Positions 12,264-22,964 of a stretch of DNA of 64,000 nt are shown here, one piece after another. Source of the DNA: Heptranchias perlo (taxonomy: Eukaryota); assembly GCF_035084215.1 (NCBI RefSeq), contig NC_090339.1, positions 47,988,001 through 48,052,000 on the forward strand, read 5' to 3'. Numbering within the stretch: position 1 is the stretch's first letter; each line of letters opens with the position of its first letter. The position numbers and the translations under genes are program-made. Under the pieces are notes generated by a model that made no database searches, was not told the origin of the DNA, and saw only the letters and a program-made list of their open reading frames with translations.

Positions 12264-12318
12264 TTCAAATAAAATTGTTGGACTATAACTTGGTGTTGTA
12301 AAATTGTTTAAAATAGTC

Positions 12319-12523
12319 ATGATGTGGAGATGCCCGGTGATGGACTGGGGTGGACAAATGTACGGAGTCGTACAACACCAGGTTATAGTCCAACAGCTTT
12401 ATTTGAAATCACAAGCTTTCGGAGCTTTGCTCCTTTGTCGGGTGACGAAGGAGCAAAGCTCCGAAAGCTTGTGATTTCAAATAAAGCTGTTGGACTATAA
12501 CCTGGTGTTGTACGACTCCGTAC
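12319..12523. mobile_element. Fold-back Penelope pseudo-LTR element (copy A2, duplicate of A1)
   Basis: Near-identical to 9233-9436, including its flanks; the centre reads gg at 12441-12442. Confidence 0.9.
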
Positions 12524-13259
12524 ATTAAAATAATCCATTTACCATTTGGGCAGAGTTACCAATAAGAAAAAATGGTCATCACAGAATAAAAAGGACATTA
12601 AGTACATACGTAGATCGATATATAAAAAAAATTATTTCACTAGCACCAAATTTAGTTTTAAAACCTTTAATAATATGTGATCCATGTAGGTTAATACTGG
12701 GTATGGGGAGAAAACAAAAATATCGGCTTGTAGCACTCTGTGTTTAGAATGGTTTCATCTCTTGGTCCTCAAATAGCATTAATAAGATCTGCAGCATTAC
12801 AACAACAGAGGAACCCTTTTAATGAACATTCAAAAGCCACCATAGTGAGTTGTTTTGTGCTCATTCTACTAATCGTCAAGTGTCACAAGCTTTCATTGTG
12901 GACAAGATGAAATCATTCGCACTGAATGAGAAAACAATGACAGCAATCTGAAGTACAACTGGGGACTTCAGTCATCGCTGTGTTTAAATATTTCAGAGAA
13001 GACTCCATTCAGCTATAAATGGCCATTAATTGGAATGCTTGTAATTCAGAGAGAGACAGTACACTTATTGGGGTTGATTTTAACTTGCTGAAATCGGCAT
13101 TAACAGGATGTTAACCTCAAAAAGACTAAACACAAATAATTTAACCAATGAATAAACAGAACACCACAAACATCCTGCTGCAGTATTACATTTAAACAAG
13201 ATCCATCCAGCTACAACACACTTAAGGCCTTGTATTATAGGGTCTGACATTTAAAAGTT

Positions 13260-15310
13260 GTGTCAGCTCTGAATCAAAGTTGCAGGCTCAAGCCTCATAC
13301 CAAAAGATTTGAGCTCACAATCCAAGCAGACACATCAGTGCACTACTAGAGCTGCCTTCTCTTAGACAAGATATTAACCAAGGCCCCATCTACCTCTTCT
13401 GATGATTCAAGTGGACATTAAAGATGGTGGGCACCAAATTGGGCCATGTAACGCCCGTAATTTTGGCGCTACACGGCCTCTCCGACATCCAAGATGGCGT
13501 CTTGGATGCGCATGCACTTTTCCAGCGTGACGTGCGCCAGACGCCATCTTGGTATAGGAGTTAGCGCAGGCGCAGATAACGAACGCCGGAATCATGTGAA
13601 GTAGGGAGAAAATGGCTTCAATTAGTGTACAACACCGATTTAAAGCGATACACAAGATTTTGGGACTTAACGCTCAAGTCAAAATCTTCACCCCGAACAT
13701 CTGAAACGTGTCTTAGAGTGCCTGGAGGACCCCTTACTAGCGCTATTTAAAGGGACCATGCAGGATTTACAGGTTAGTGGCTGGATTATTACTTCTGGCT
13801 GCCCACACATTTACAACTGTTTTTGGAAGTCTCCTACACTTGAATATGAGGACACAGGGACATAGCCTAATATTTAGAGCCAGGACGTGCAGAAGTGAAG
13901 TTAGGAATTGCTTCTACATGAAAAGGTTGGCAGAAGTTTGGGAAGCTCTTCTGCAAACTGCAGTTGATGCTAGCTCAATAGTGAATTCTAAATCTGAGAT
14001 TGATAGATATTAAGGGATATGGGGCTATGGCGGAAATATGGAATTAGGTCACAGCTCCACCACGATCTCATTGAATAACGGAACATGCTCGAGGGGCTGA
14101 ATACCACTGCCACTTGCTGCCTACTGATATGCACTATCTTCTCCTGCAAGAAAGCGGGATGTGGGTCTAGGCAATGTGCCGGTCATTTATGACTAGCTGC
14201 CAGTGTGTGTGGCCTGTGAGTTGTGGTTCGGCGGCTTGCAACAGTGGTAATGTGTGAGGGTGAGAGGAAGCATCTGATTTGAACAGTTGAGTTCTGATGG
14301 AAAGAGTTCGTTGGTAGGTGGGTGTTGGCGGGGGGGTTTAGTACATGGAGGAGTGGATGTGGCTCATGGTGCAGTTTGTAGGTGATGCCACTTGACAGTT
14401 GACCTCACTCACCTTGACCACTCATGTCAAAGCACTGAACTTCTTCCTGTACTGCATTCATGTTCATGATGCTGTGCGCCTGGCATTGACTTCATCCCCT
14501 ACTGCCTCCCATTGCCTTTTGGATGTATGTCTTGAGGGCCTCTTGCTCCCACCCCCCGGATATAGGATGTCCCTCCTTCTGTCCACCTCTTGCACCACTC
14601 CTCTGGTGTATCAGCAGAGAACCTTGCTCTACGGACTCTCAGATCGGCAGATTGGTGAGGTCTGGCATGCAGATTGGTGAATGTGGGATTTTGTGGTGCA
14701 CAACCTTTATTCAATGTTTTAACCTATCTCATCAGTATGTAGGGATGGGACCTGCACCTGTGCTTTACGTGTGCAATGTCTGATCTCAGTTCAGACTCCG
14801 TGCAGACAGCAGGCTATAATATTCAGCAAATAACAGGTATCAGCTACCTTTAAGAGATTTCAAACAGACAGCCTGCCTTTAAGAGATTGGAGCTCCCCCT
14901 GCTGGTGGAAAGTGCAAATTGCACGGAATGCTCGTTCAACGCTGATTTCCAACGCAGATTGCAGGCGAGTCCTCAGGCCTGATGAAAATCTCGTCCTGCC
15001 TGCGCGGGGACCATTGCGCGCGGGGTAATAGCCGATCGTGCTGCTCCCGCCCAAAAATGGGCCCTAACCAATTTTCCCCCAATTATCTTTGGAAGAAGAG
15101 CAGGGAGTTCCCCAGTGTCTGGGCTAATATTCCCAATTCAATCAAAACCACCACTCAGTCAATTCATTAGAGTTTATTGGACATTACTGGTGGAGAATGG
15201 CTGCTGGTTTGCCTACATAACAATCCCTACACTACAACGGCCAATCATTGTTTGAAGTGATTTGAGACATTGTCACTCGATAAGGCACTACATAAAATGC
15301 AAGCATCATT
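13260..15310 (+). mobile_element. Deu-domain SINE split by the 13428-15080 insertion
   Basis: The left half ends gtggacattaaagat (13425). The right half resumes ...ggaagaagagcagggagttccccag at about 15084, collinear with the intact copy at 21865-22320. Confidence 0.7.
13428..15080 (-). mobile_element. Non-autonomous PIF/Harbinger-type element with a decayed Myb/SANT-like ORF
   Basis: Imperfect termini gggcaccaaattgg / ccaattttccccc. Minus strand 14412-14640 reads RARFSAD..VQEVDRRRDILY..QWEAVGDEVNA..*MQYRKKF followed by a GTGAGT donor. Contains a CR1 3' fragment at 13845-14100. Confidence 0.7.
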
Positions 15311-15751
15311 GCATGTATACCTGTGGAAAATGTCAATTATATAGCACACAGTAAAACAGGATTTTGCTCGCTTTAACAAAAGGAGCAGTAGCATGACTGC
15401 CAGGGTACCTGCTGCAAGGAACTACTCGAGATTTGGGACCCTTCACAAGAACCAGCAAGAGAGCTTTTTTAAATTGGCCTGACCAAAACAACAGGTAGAA
15501 GTCAAAGGTTCAAACATGCTGACAATTTTCACAAAGAGAAATGTCAAGTTATTTTTTAAAAAATGCAAACTTCATCTTGATGGTTTGAATTTATGCTTCA
15601 AGAAAAAAAAATTCCAAACACACAAAGCAGAAACCTGAAGGGAACTACAGAACTGTAATTTTACCAAAGTATATTTACACAGTGATGAGGAGTTGAGGAC
15701 CAAAAGATTCATCCAGTTGCAAGTACAACAGACATAAAATGGAATACTCAC

Positions 15752-15818
15752 CAGCCTGGTATTAACTACAGGAAATAGCAATGCCAGTAACGCTCCATTC
15801 AACATGTGCATCTGAAGC
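15752..15818 (-). CDS. TMEM164: TMEM164 internal coding exon (67 nt; [22 protein letters not shown])
   Basis: Minus strand reads tctttggcAG|GCTTCAGATG...ACCAGGCTG|GTGAGT. The peptide matches recalled TMEM164 [22 protein letters not shown] and is in frame with the 30494-30543 exon. Confidence 0.95.
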
Positions 15819-16872
15819 CTGCCAAAGACAGTTCAACAGAAAGGGATAGTTATTTTTTTTGCCAAGTAACAGAATTTAGTTACAGTAATTAATCAGATAA
15901 ATCAGAAAGGTGTGAATGTGTTTAGTACGCTACATGCTGAGTTTGCTGCATGCAAAGTTTGCGACTGTGATATTTTAATTGCCCTCAGTACTGTAGTTGT
16001 AGTTGAGTAAGCGTTAGTCTTGGCTTGATGCAACCCACCTCTTTCCTGTTAGAATTCTCTTCCTTGTAAAATGATCAGAGTTCACCAGCAAACAGAATGT
16101 TCGGACTTCAGTTGTTATTCTGATTTGGACAAAGCAGCATCAGAATTGGAGGAGTTTAAAGGGTCTTTGTCTTTATAAAAAGACTTTTGCAAACTTCTTT
16201 TTGGTTTTGGTTTTGTTTTTTTTTGGGGGGGGGGTGGGGGGGGGGGGGAAAGCCATATATAATTTCTGCCACAATCTTACTTATGTCAATATACAGAGGG
16301 GGAGAAATTGGACCTGGCCACGTCTGCTTTTTGGATGAGAAATGATCGATTGGGGGACAAATTTCAGGTCGAGCTCTCTCGTGCCCGATCTACCCTGAAG
16401 TGCATCGGGTGCAAAATTGGAAGCCAATTACTTCCAACTGTGCAGGGGGTCCACCTGAAACAGGCATTAGGTGCCTTTAATATGCAAATAGGGGTCCTTA
16501 TGCCCGATTTAAGACCCCCGATCAAAATTCATAAATTGGGTGAAGCTTGTTTCACTTGATCCGGGTCTTCAGTGATTCTTCACCACCCCCCCCGCCCCCA
16601 CCTCACCCCCTCCGTTATTCAATGGCTTCTGGCTTCAAAAGCTCTACTGTCACCTCATTAATTATACTATTATATTGTGCAGCTGCTTAAAGAAGTAGAT
16701 TCCCAATGTTGCCTCATGGCAGTTGTTTTAAGTCTTTCTCTCTGATCACTTTCTCCAATTGCTGATGAAGGTATGTACACGACAGTGAGCAAAGAAAAAG
16801 CACACAGCTGCCCATTGTGGAAGAGCTTAGCCAGAAAACATAGCTGCTTCTGACTCCACCTCCTCTATAGTC

Positions 16873-17088
16873 AACTGTAAACAATTTTACAACACCAAGT
16901 TATAGTCCAGCAATTTTATTTTAAATTCACAAGCTTTCGGAGGCTTCCCCCTTCGTCAGGTGAACGATTCACATCGTTCACCTGACGAAGGGGGAAGCCT
17001 CCGAAAGCTTGTGAATTTAAAATAAAATTGCTGGACTATAACTTGGTGTTGTAAAATTGTTTACAATTGTCAACCCCAGTCCATCACC
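16873..17088. mobile_element. Fold-back Penelope pseudo-LTR element with hammerhead cores on both strands
   Basis: Arms of about 95 bp around the loop tcac (16969-16972). Tail on the right. Duplication tcctctatagtc at 16861-16872 and 17090-17101. Confidence 0.92.
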
Positions 17089-17269
17089 ATCCTCTATAGT
17101 CCACTGAGAATCAAATCTTTTGGTGTGTCTCAGCCTCTGGAGTTGGCAATGCTGCTTCATAGTTTACCATCCTACTGACGTTGAAACTGTTGTTGATGAC
17201 AATGCTGATGCAGCATTAGGATTTAAATCTCAACAATACAAGTGACTTAAGATGCAAATGATACAACCC

Positions 17270-17490
17270 CTCATCTCCATAGGTGGCCATGCCTTCAGCC
17301 ACCAAGGCCCCACATTCGAGGCTTTCCTGCTTAAGCCCCTTCGCCTCTCCACCTCCCTTTCCTCCATTGAGGCCCTCCTTAAAACACACATATTTGATCA
17401 AGTTCTTGGTCATTCCTCCGAACATCTCCTTCTTTGGCTCAGTGTATATTTATTCTGATTATGTCTCTGCGAAGCACCTTGGGAATGGAG
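17270..17490 (+). mobile_element. L2-type LINE 3' end fragment
   Basis: ggtggccatgccttcagc...ctccttaaaacacacatatttgatcaag...gcgaagcaccttggga. Confidence 0.6.
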
Positions 17491-19002
17491 TTACTCTATG
17501 CTAAAAGCATTGTATCATGCAAGATTGTCAATTATGGGCTGTCTTGTGCTGTGAGCCAGCACTCACCGGGAACTGGGTCAAAACTATTCAAAATAAATTC
17601 TCTTGGACAATGTATGGGTGGCCAGTGAAGGAAAGACATCAATCAGGCTGGCTTTTAATCCCAGGACCCAGAGATGAAAAGATTGTGCACTAATCTATTA
17701 TGACCCCCAGTCCCCTCTCATTTATTAATGCCTAATATACTGCAACAGGAAGTCTCTCCTTTAGTAATATTTGCAGCGCTGTGCATGCTTTTCAAAGCAA
17801 GAGTCCTACTAACAAGTTTGTTCTGGTAGCAAACTGTTTTGTTGACCAAGAAAATTAAGTGTATTTCGAAGACTGCAATTAAACCTTAATCACACAACAC
17901 TCCGATTGACTGCAGATTATTAATTGCTTGTCCCAGGATTTAGCGCAAACACAAAAAAAAGAGAAAGGGAGGCCAAGCAAGAAAAAAAGTCAGCTAATTC
18001 TTTACATCATGTCAGAAATGTACTTCCACCCTCACACTGGTCTGTTTAAATAATTCAATCATTCAGCATAAAGGCACTTTGGGAGGTGGGGGGGGGGGAA
18101 AAAAAAGAAAAAAAAAATCAATAACTCTTTACACCAACTCCCAGACAATCTCTATTCACTTATCCTGTGGAAATAACTGCATTATAAAAGTGTGTCACTG
18201 TTAGAGGAAGGGCTCAAGTAAAACTTTGCTCAGCAACACCAGTGTACGGTAACTGCAAAATTATTCTAAGTTGTTCAATAGCCAGAGTTAATGTTGACGC
18301 TCTAGGTCAAACAGAGCAAGGAGCCCTTAAACTTTGAGAGAGTGCGCTCTCACTGGCCCGCTGACAATAACTATGATTTCTCCCCACTTGCAAAAGAGGG
18401 GAGTATAAAAATACTGTATTTTCCAGGCATATCAGACACCTCAACATTGGCTGCGTGATTTGCTTCTTAGTTGTGCGTGGCTTTTCTATTTAGGGTTGCT
18501 TTGTTTTCAATACACGGGCAAAGTGTTGCTGGTGGAAGGTCACAATGACTTAATATGCCTGCAACATTAAAAGTTAACCCCGCAGGCTCACTTTTACACA
18601 AGTCAGATCTACAAGAAAATGAACAGAGCTTCTAAATGACATCAGTGGAAAAGTAAACCGGGCAGAGTGTAAATCAGGCTGCCGATTCACTATTGTTTGT
18701 TTTATATTACCACCCAATTCAAATTTCACCCTTTATATACTTCATTTCCACATGAGATGGTTTTCCTTCAGATGCCTACTTTTGCAGAGAGATTTCAGTC
18801 TCTCTATTGTTAATGTAACAATCTAGACTCAGGATATTAAATGCAAAACACCTGTACTTTTTAAAAACACTGAGGAGAAATCAAGGTCAGTACCAAAACT
18901 ATTTTTTTTAAAAACTACTCGAGTACACAATATAAGGAGAAAAACACACACAAATATATATCCCTCCCTCATACTGTAACTTCTAATATTTCTAAAAGGT
19001 GG

Positions 19003-20293
19003 ATTCAGGGAGCCATGCTAGTCACTTCAGGGAGATCTGAGAGTCCAACAGAGCATTTTTCAGAGTATCCAACACCCAGAGAAGTCAAGCAAACCCAATG
19101 TATCGGACATGGGTTGTAAAACAATTCTGTAAAATACATCAGGTATCTCTAATCGTGGAGCTTTATGGACTTGGCAAAAAAGAAACTACTCCATGAAAAA
19201 TATACAGCCCTATCAGAGGACAGCTACCAATGGTGATGGGGTTGGAGAAAGCAAGGCCTCTCTCAAAAGGAATTCAATTCACAAACCTGAATTGAAATAG
19301 TTCTAACAGCAATCCCTGGTTAGAACTGCAGCAACACCTCTCCATGTGGCTTAGCAGGGCAAAGCACAGTATAGTGCAGAGCCATACATACGAGAGTAAG
19401 CCGATCTGAGCCAGGGCAGCAGTTATGGTGCGAAAATTGGTCTCACTACCACTGGGCTAGAGGAGGGGGGGGGGGAAATCAGTTCTTAGTCCTGATTGCT
19501 ATCCAGTGATTCCTGAGAAAAAAAGTGCAGGGTGTGTAGATGATAGGTGAGGAAAAGGAAAAGCAATTGAACAGGGAGAGACTGCCCTACAAGTCATTAG
19601 AATTTAGCTTGCCAATAATTGAGAGAAACATTTTAAGGGGTTATTCTTGTTCAACACCTTCTCCTCCCCCAAATCGTACTGTGTCTATATTTGGAGGTTT
19701 TGCTTTCTCCAACCTCATCACCACTGCCACAATCACAGGAATGCTTATGAGTGATGTTGCAAACCTTCGATTGTTGAAGAAACTATGTTGTAGAAGTAGT
19801 ATTTGACATCTATTCATGAACTGTATTTTTTAAGAGAGAACCAGAAGAGAGCCTGCAAGGAATGCTTTTGCACTATTTCATCTGAAGAAGAGGTCATTCA
19901 ATTAACAGTTAGTATAACAGCAGCCCATATGCTATGAAATTTAATTGATTAATTGAGATCTACAGAAACTCTCAGGCCATAGAACAATATAGAGTTCATG
20001 TTACATTATAGGTTATATGGTACTTGCGGATACACACCTTGCCTTGCTTTCTCCAACCCCATCATCATTGCTACTGTCCTCTGATAGAGCTGTATATTTT
20101 TCATGGAGTACTTTCTTTTTGCCAAGTCCATAAAGGTCCACGATTAGAGATACCTGATTTATTTTACAGAGATGTTTTACAACCCATGTCCGATACATTG
20201 GGTTTGCTTGACTTCTCTGGGTGTTGAATACTCTGAAAAATGCTCTGTTGGACTCTCAGATCTCCCTGAAGCTACTAGCATGACTCCCTGAAT
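19003..20293. repeat. ~250-bp inverted repeat (19003-19257 and 20041-20293) with a ~780-bp spacer
   Basis: The arms align as reverse complements along their length, e.g. agagaagtcaagcaaacccaatgtatcggacatgggttgtaaaac versus gttttacaacccatgtccgatacattgggtttgcttgacttctct. Confidence 0.95.
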
Positions 20294-20354
20294 TCTTAGG
20301 ATGGTATTATAAATGGTCAAAGCCAGGATCACTCCTCGATAGGAGTTTAATTTT

Positions 20355-20690
20355 TTTAAAATTCATTCTAGGGATGTAGATGTCACTGGCAAGGCTGGCA
20401 TTTATTATCCTTTCCTAGTTGCCCTAAATAGCAGTTTGACACAGAGTAGCTTGCTAGGTCACTTCAGAGAGCAGTTAATTGATCTGGAAGTGAAGTCACA
20501 TAAAGGACATGAATGAATCAGTTGACTTTTTAACGACAATCCAACTCATGAATACTTATACTCAATCCTGCTTTTTATTTCCAATTTAAAAAAAAAATGA
20601 ATTCAATTTCTCAAACTGCCACAGTGGGATTTAAACTCACATTCTCCAGAATACAAGACCAGTAACATAACCACTACACCACCGTTTATG
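20355..20690 (-). mobile_element. Interspersed repeat of the LINE-tail/SINE type; similar copies at 54060-54310 (+) and 60835-61225 (-)
   Basis: Shared motif agggcaactagggatgggcaataaatgctggcc and its reverse complement. Confidence 0.6.
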
Positions 20691-20692
20691 TA

Positions 20693-21110
20693 TCAGCTTG
20701 CCTCCGTTGCTAGCACTCCAACATCTGAATTTAGTGTTTGTAGATTCAAGCCATACTTCAGGTTTTGAATCCAATCTGGGCAGACACAGCAGTGCAGTAG
20801 TTGAAGATGCCAACCTTCTGGTGAGAAACTGATACTCCCATCTGCCTAGTGCATTGGTTCAGGTGGACATTATATATTCCACTGCACTATTTGAAAAAGA
20901 GTGAGGAGTTCTCCAGTGGCCTGCCCAAAACCGCCCTCAGCCAACATCACCAAAAACAGATGTGAGATCTTGCTGTGTGTAAAATGGCTAACCCATTTGC
21001 CTACAAAAATAACAGTTGCTGCATTACAAGTAATTTGTTGCATGCAAAGCACTTTGAGATGTTCAAGAGACATGATTGGTGCCACAACAATGAAAGTTTC
21101 CTTTCCTTTA
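20693..21110 (+). mobile_element. Degenerate Deu-domain SINE
   Basis: Collinear with 21865-22320 (caggtggacat...gcactatttgaa...ggagttctcc...acatcaccaaaaacaga). Confidence 0.7.
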
Positions 21111-21864
21111 CATTCAGTAGAGGCAGTGAATCAGGGAGCATGTTGGGCACTGGGTTTGGCAACGTACGTAAGAGTGTTGGGGGGTGGTGGGGAGTGGGGT
21201 GTTGGGAGTTGGGACCTGCCTGTGGATTAGACATCTGTCATTCTCCCCAGAACCTAATGCTCACTAATTTAGCAATAATAGACTTGGGTCTCTAATTCCT
21301 TCATTAAACAAATTAAAGGGAACAAATCATACAATGGTATTTACAGTCTAGCACATGCACTAAAGGGCGCCCATCAATGAATACATGCAGGAAGACAAAA
21401 GGCTGATTAGTCTATACTGTGGGGCAAGGCATTCATCTCTTACAGAACTCCCCAAAGTCAATCATCCTTTTCTCCTGAAGGCCTTTTTTCCCCCTATTTA
21501 TTTAGTGACCTTTATATACTGATGTAGTCATGCAGAAATTTGAATTGATTGGTCTTCAATCATTATACACGCACACACATTATAAAAATTGAACCAGCTA
21601 TCTGATTTATAGAAATAGCAAGACCATTAACGGCTTTTGCTATGTCGATCACAACTTAATGTCAGCTCCCATTAGCTCCTTTTATCTCATTTAAGAAATA
21701 TTTCAGCCCATGAGCCAACTCTTTGCACATGAAGTGTTTGGAGAAATACAGTAGCACAATATTAAAACAGGACACAGTTTTCACCACGTGAGTGAGTGAC
21801 TGTGGGTAGCTTTAACTACCTGATTCATCCTGGTACGCAAGTCTATTCTTGACTGTATTCAGAA

Positions 21865-22320
21865 GGTCAGCTGTGGCTCAGTGGGTAGCACGCCCGCCTC
21901 GGAGTCGGAAGGTCGTGGGTTCAACTTCCACTCGAGACTTGAGCGCAAATATCTGACACTTCAGTGCCATGCTAAGGGAGTGCTGCACTGTTGGAGGTGC
22001 CATGTTTCAGATGAATTGTTAAACAAAGGCCCCATCTGCCCTCTCAGGTGGACGTAAAAGATCCCATGGCACTATTTTGAAGAAAAGCAGGGAGTTCTCC
22101 CCAGTGTCCAGGCCAATATTGATCCCTCAACCCATCACTAAAAACAGATTACCTGGTGATTTATCGCATTGCTGTTTGTGGGATCTTGTGCACAAATTGG
22201 CTGCCGTGTTTCCCTACATTACAACAGTGACTGCATTTCATAAAGTACGTCATTGGCTGTAAAGTTTTATGGGTAAGGTCATGAAAGGCGCTATATAAAT
22301 GCAAATTCTGTCTTTCTTTC
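21865..22320 (+). mobile_element. Full-length tRNA-headed Deu-SINE (SacSINE1-like)
   Basis: A box tggctcagtggg, B box ggttcaacttcc, Deu core gtgctgcactgttggaggtgcc...aaagatcccatggcact, tail aaggcgctatataaatgcaa..tctttctttc. Confidence 0.85.
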
Positions 22321-22352
22321 ATTATTGTTACAGTCTTTTGCTCACATCTACA

Positions 22353-22820
22353 AACATAGGAACAAGAGTAAGTATTTCAGGCCCTCGAGCCTGTTCCGCC
22401 ATTTAATTAGATCATGGCTGATCTGTACCTCAACTCCATTTTCCTGGCTTTGCTCCATTTCCCTTGACACCCTTACCTAACAAAAATCTATTGATCGCCG
22501 TCTTAAACTGCAATTGACCCAGTATCCACAGCCTTTGGGGTGGGGGGGTAGAGAATTCCAGATTTTTACTACTTTGACTGAAAAAGTGCTTCCTGATTTC
22601 ACTCCTAAATGGCCTAGCTCTAATATTAAGAATATGTCCCCTTGTTCTGGATTCCCCACCAGAGAAAATAATTTCTCTGTATCTATCCTATTGAATCCTT
22701 TTAACATTTTAAATACCGCGATTAGATCACCTCTCAATCTTCTATACTCAAGGGAATACAAGCCAAGTTAATGCAGCCTGTCCTCATAATTTAACCCTCT
22801 AAGCCCCAGTATCATCTGCA
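22353..22820 (-). mobile_element. CR1 3' fragment
   Basis: YSLEYRRLRGDL; reverse-complement tail aacataggaac. Confidence 0.9.
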
Positions 22821-22964
22821 ATCAGATGTGGTAAATACACAAAAACAAAAAAGACCTGAAAACAGACTACAAATAGTCATGTCCTACTTAAACCACCTTT
22901 CAAACCAAGCCAAGAGCTTTGCTGTCATCATTCTTGATTTGTTACAAAATGTCACATTTAACTC

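Larger units (their letters stand above)
9461..12310 (+). mobile_element. Penelope-like retroelement (probably Neptune clade), 5'-truncated, with inverted pseudo-LTRs
   Basis: RT+GIY-YIG ORF. 9497-9747 is the reverse complement of 12056-12310. Unpaired tail at 9461-9496. Confidence 0.95.

Noticed and set aside
16873-17088. DNA-transposon MITE or miRNA hairpin
   Set aside because: The arms are the Penelope pseudo-LTR found on the RT-encoding copy at 9461-12310.
21865-21940. tRNA gene
   Set aside because: The A and B boxes belong to a SINE head that continues into the Deu domain.
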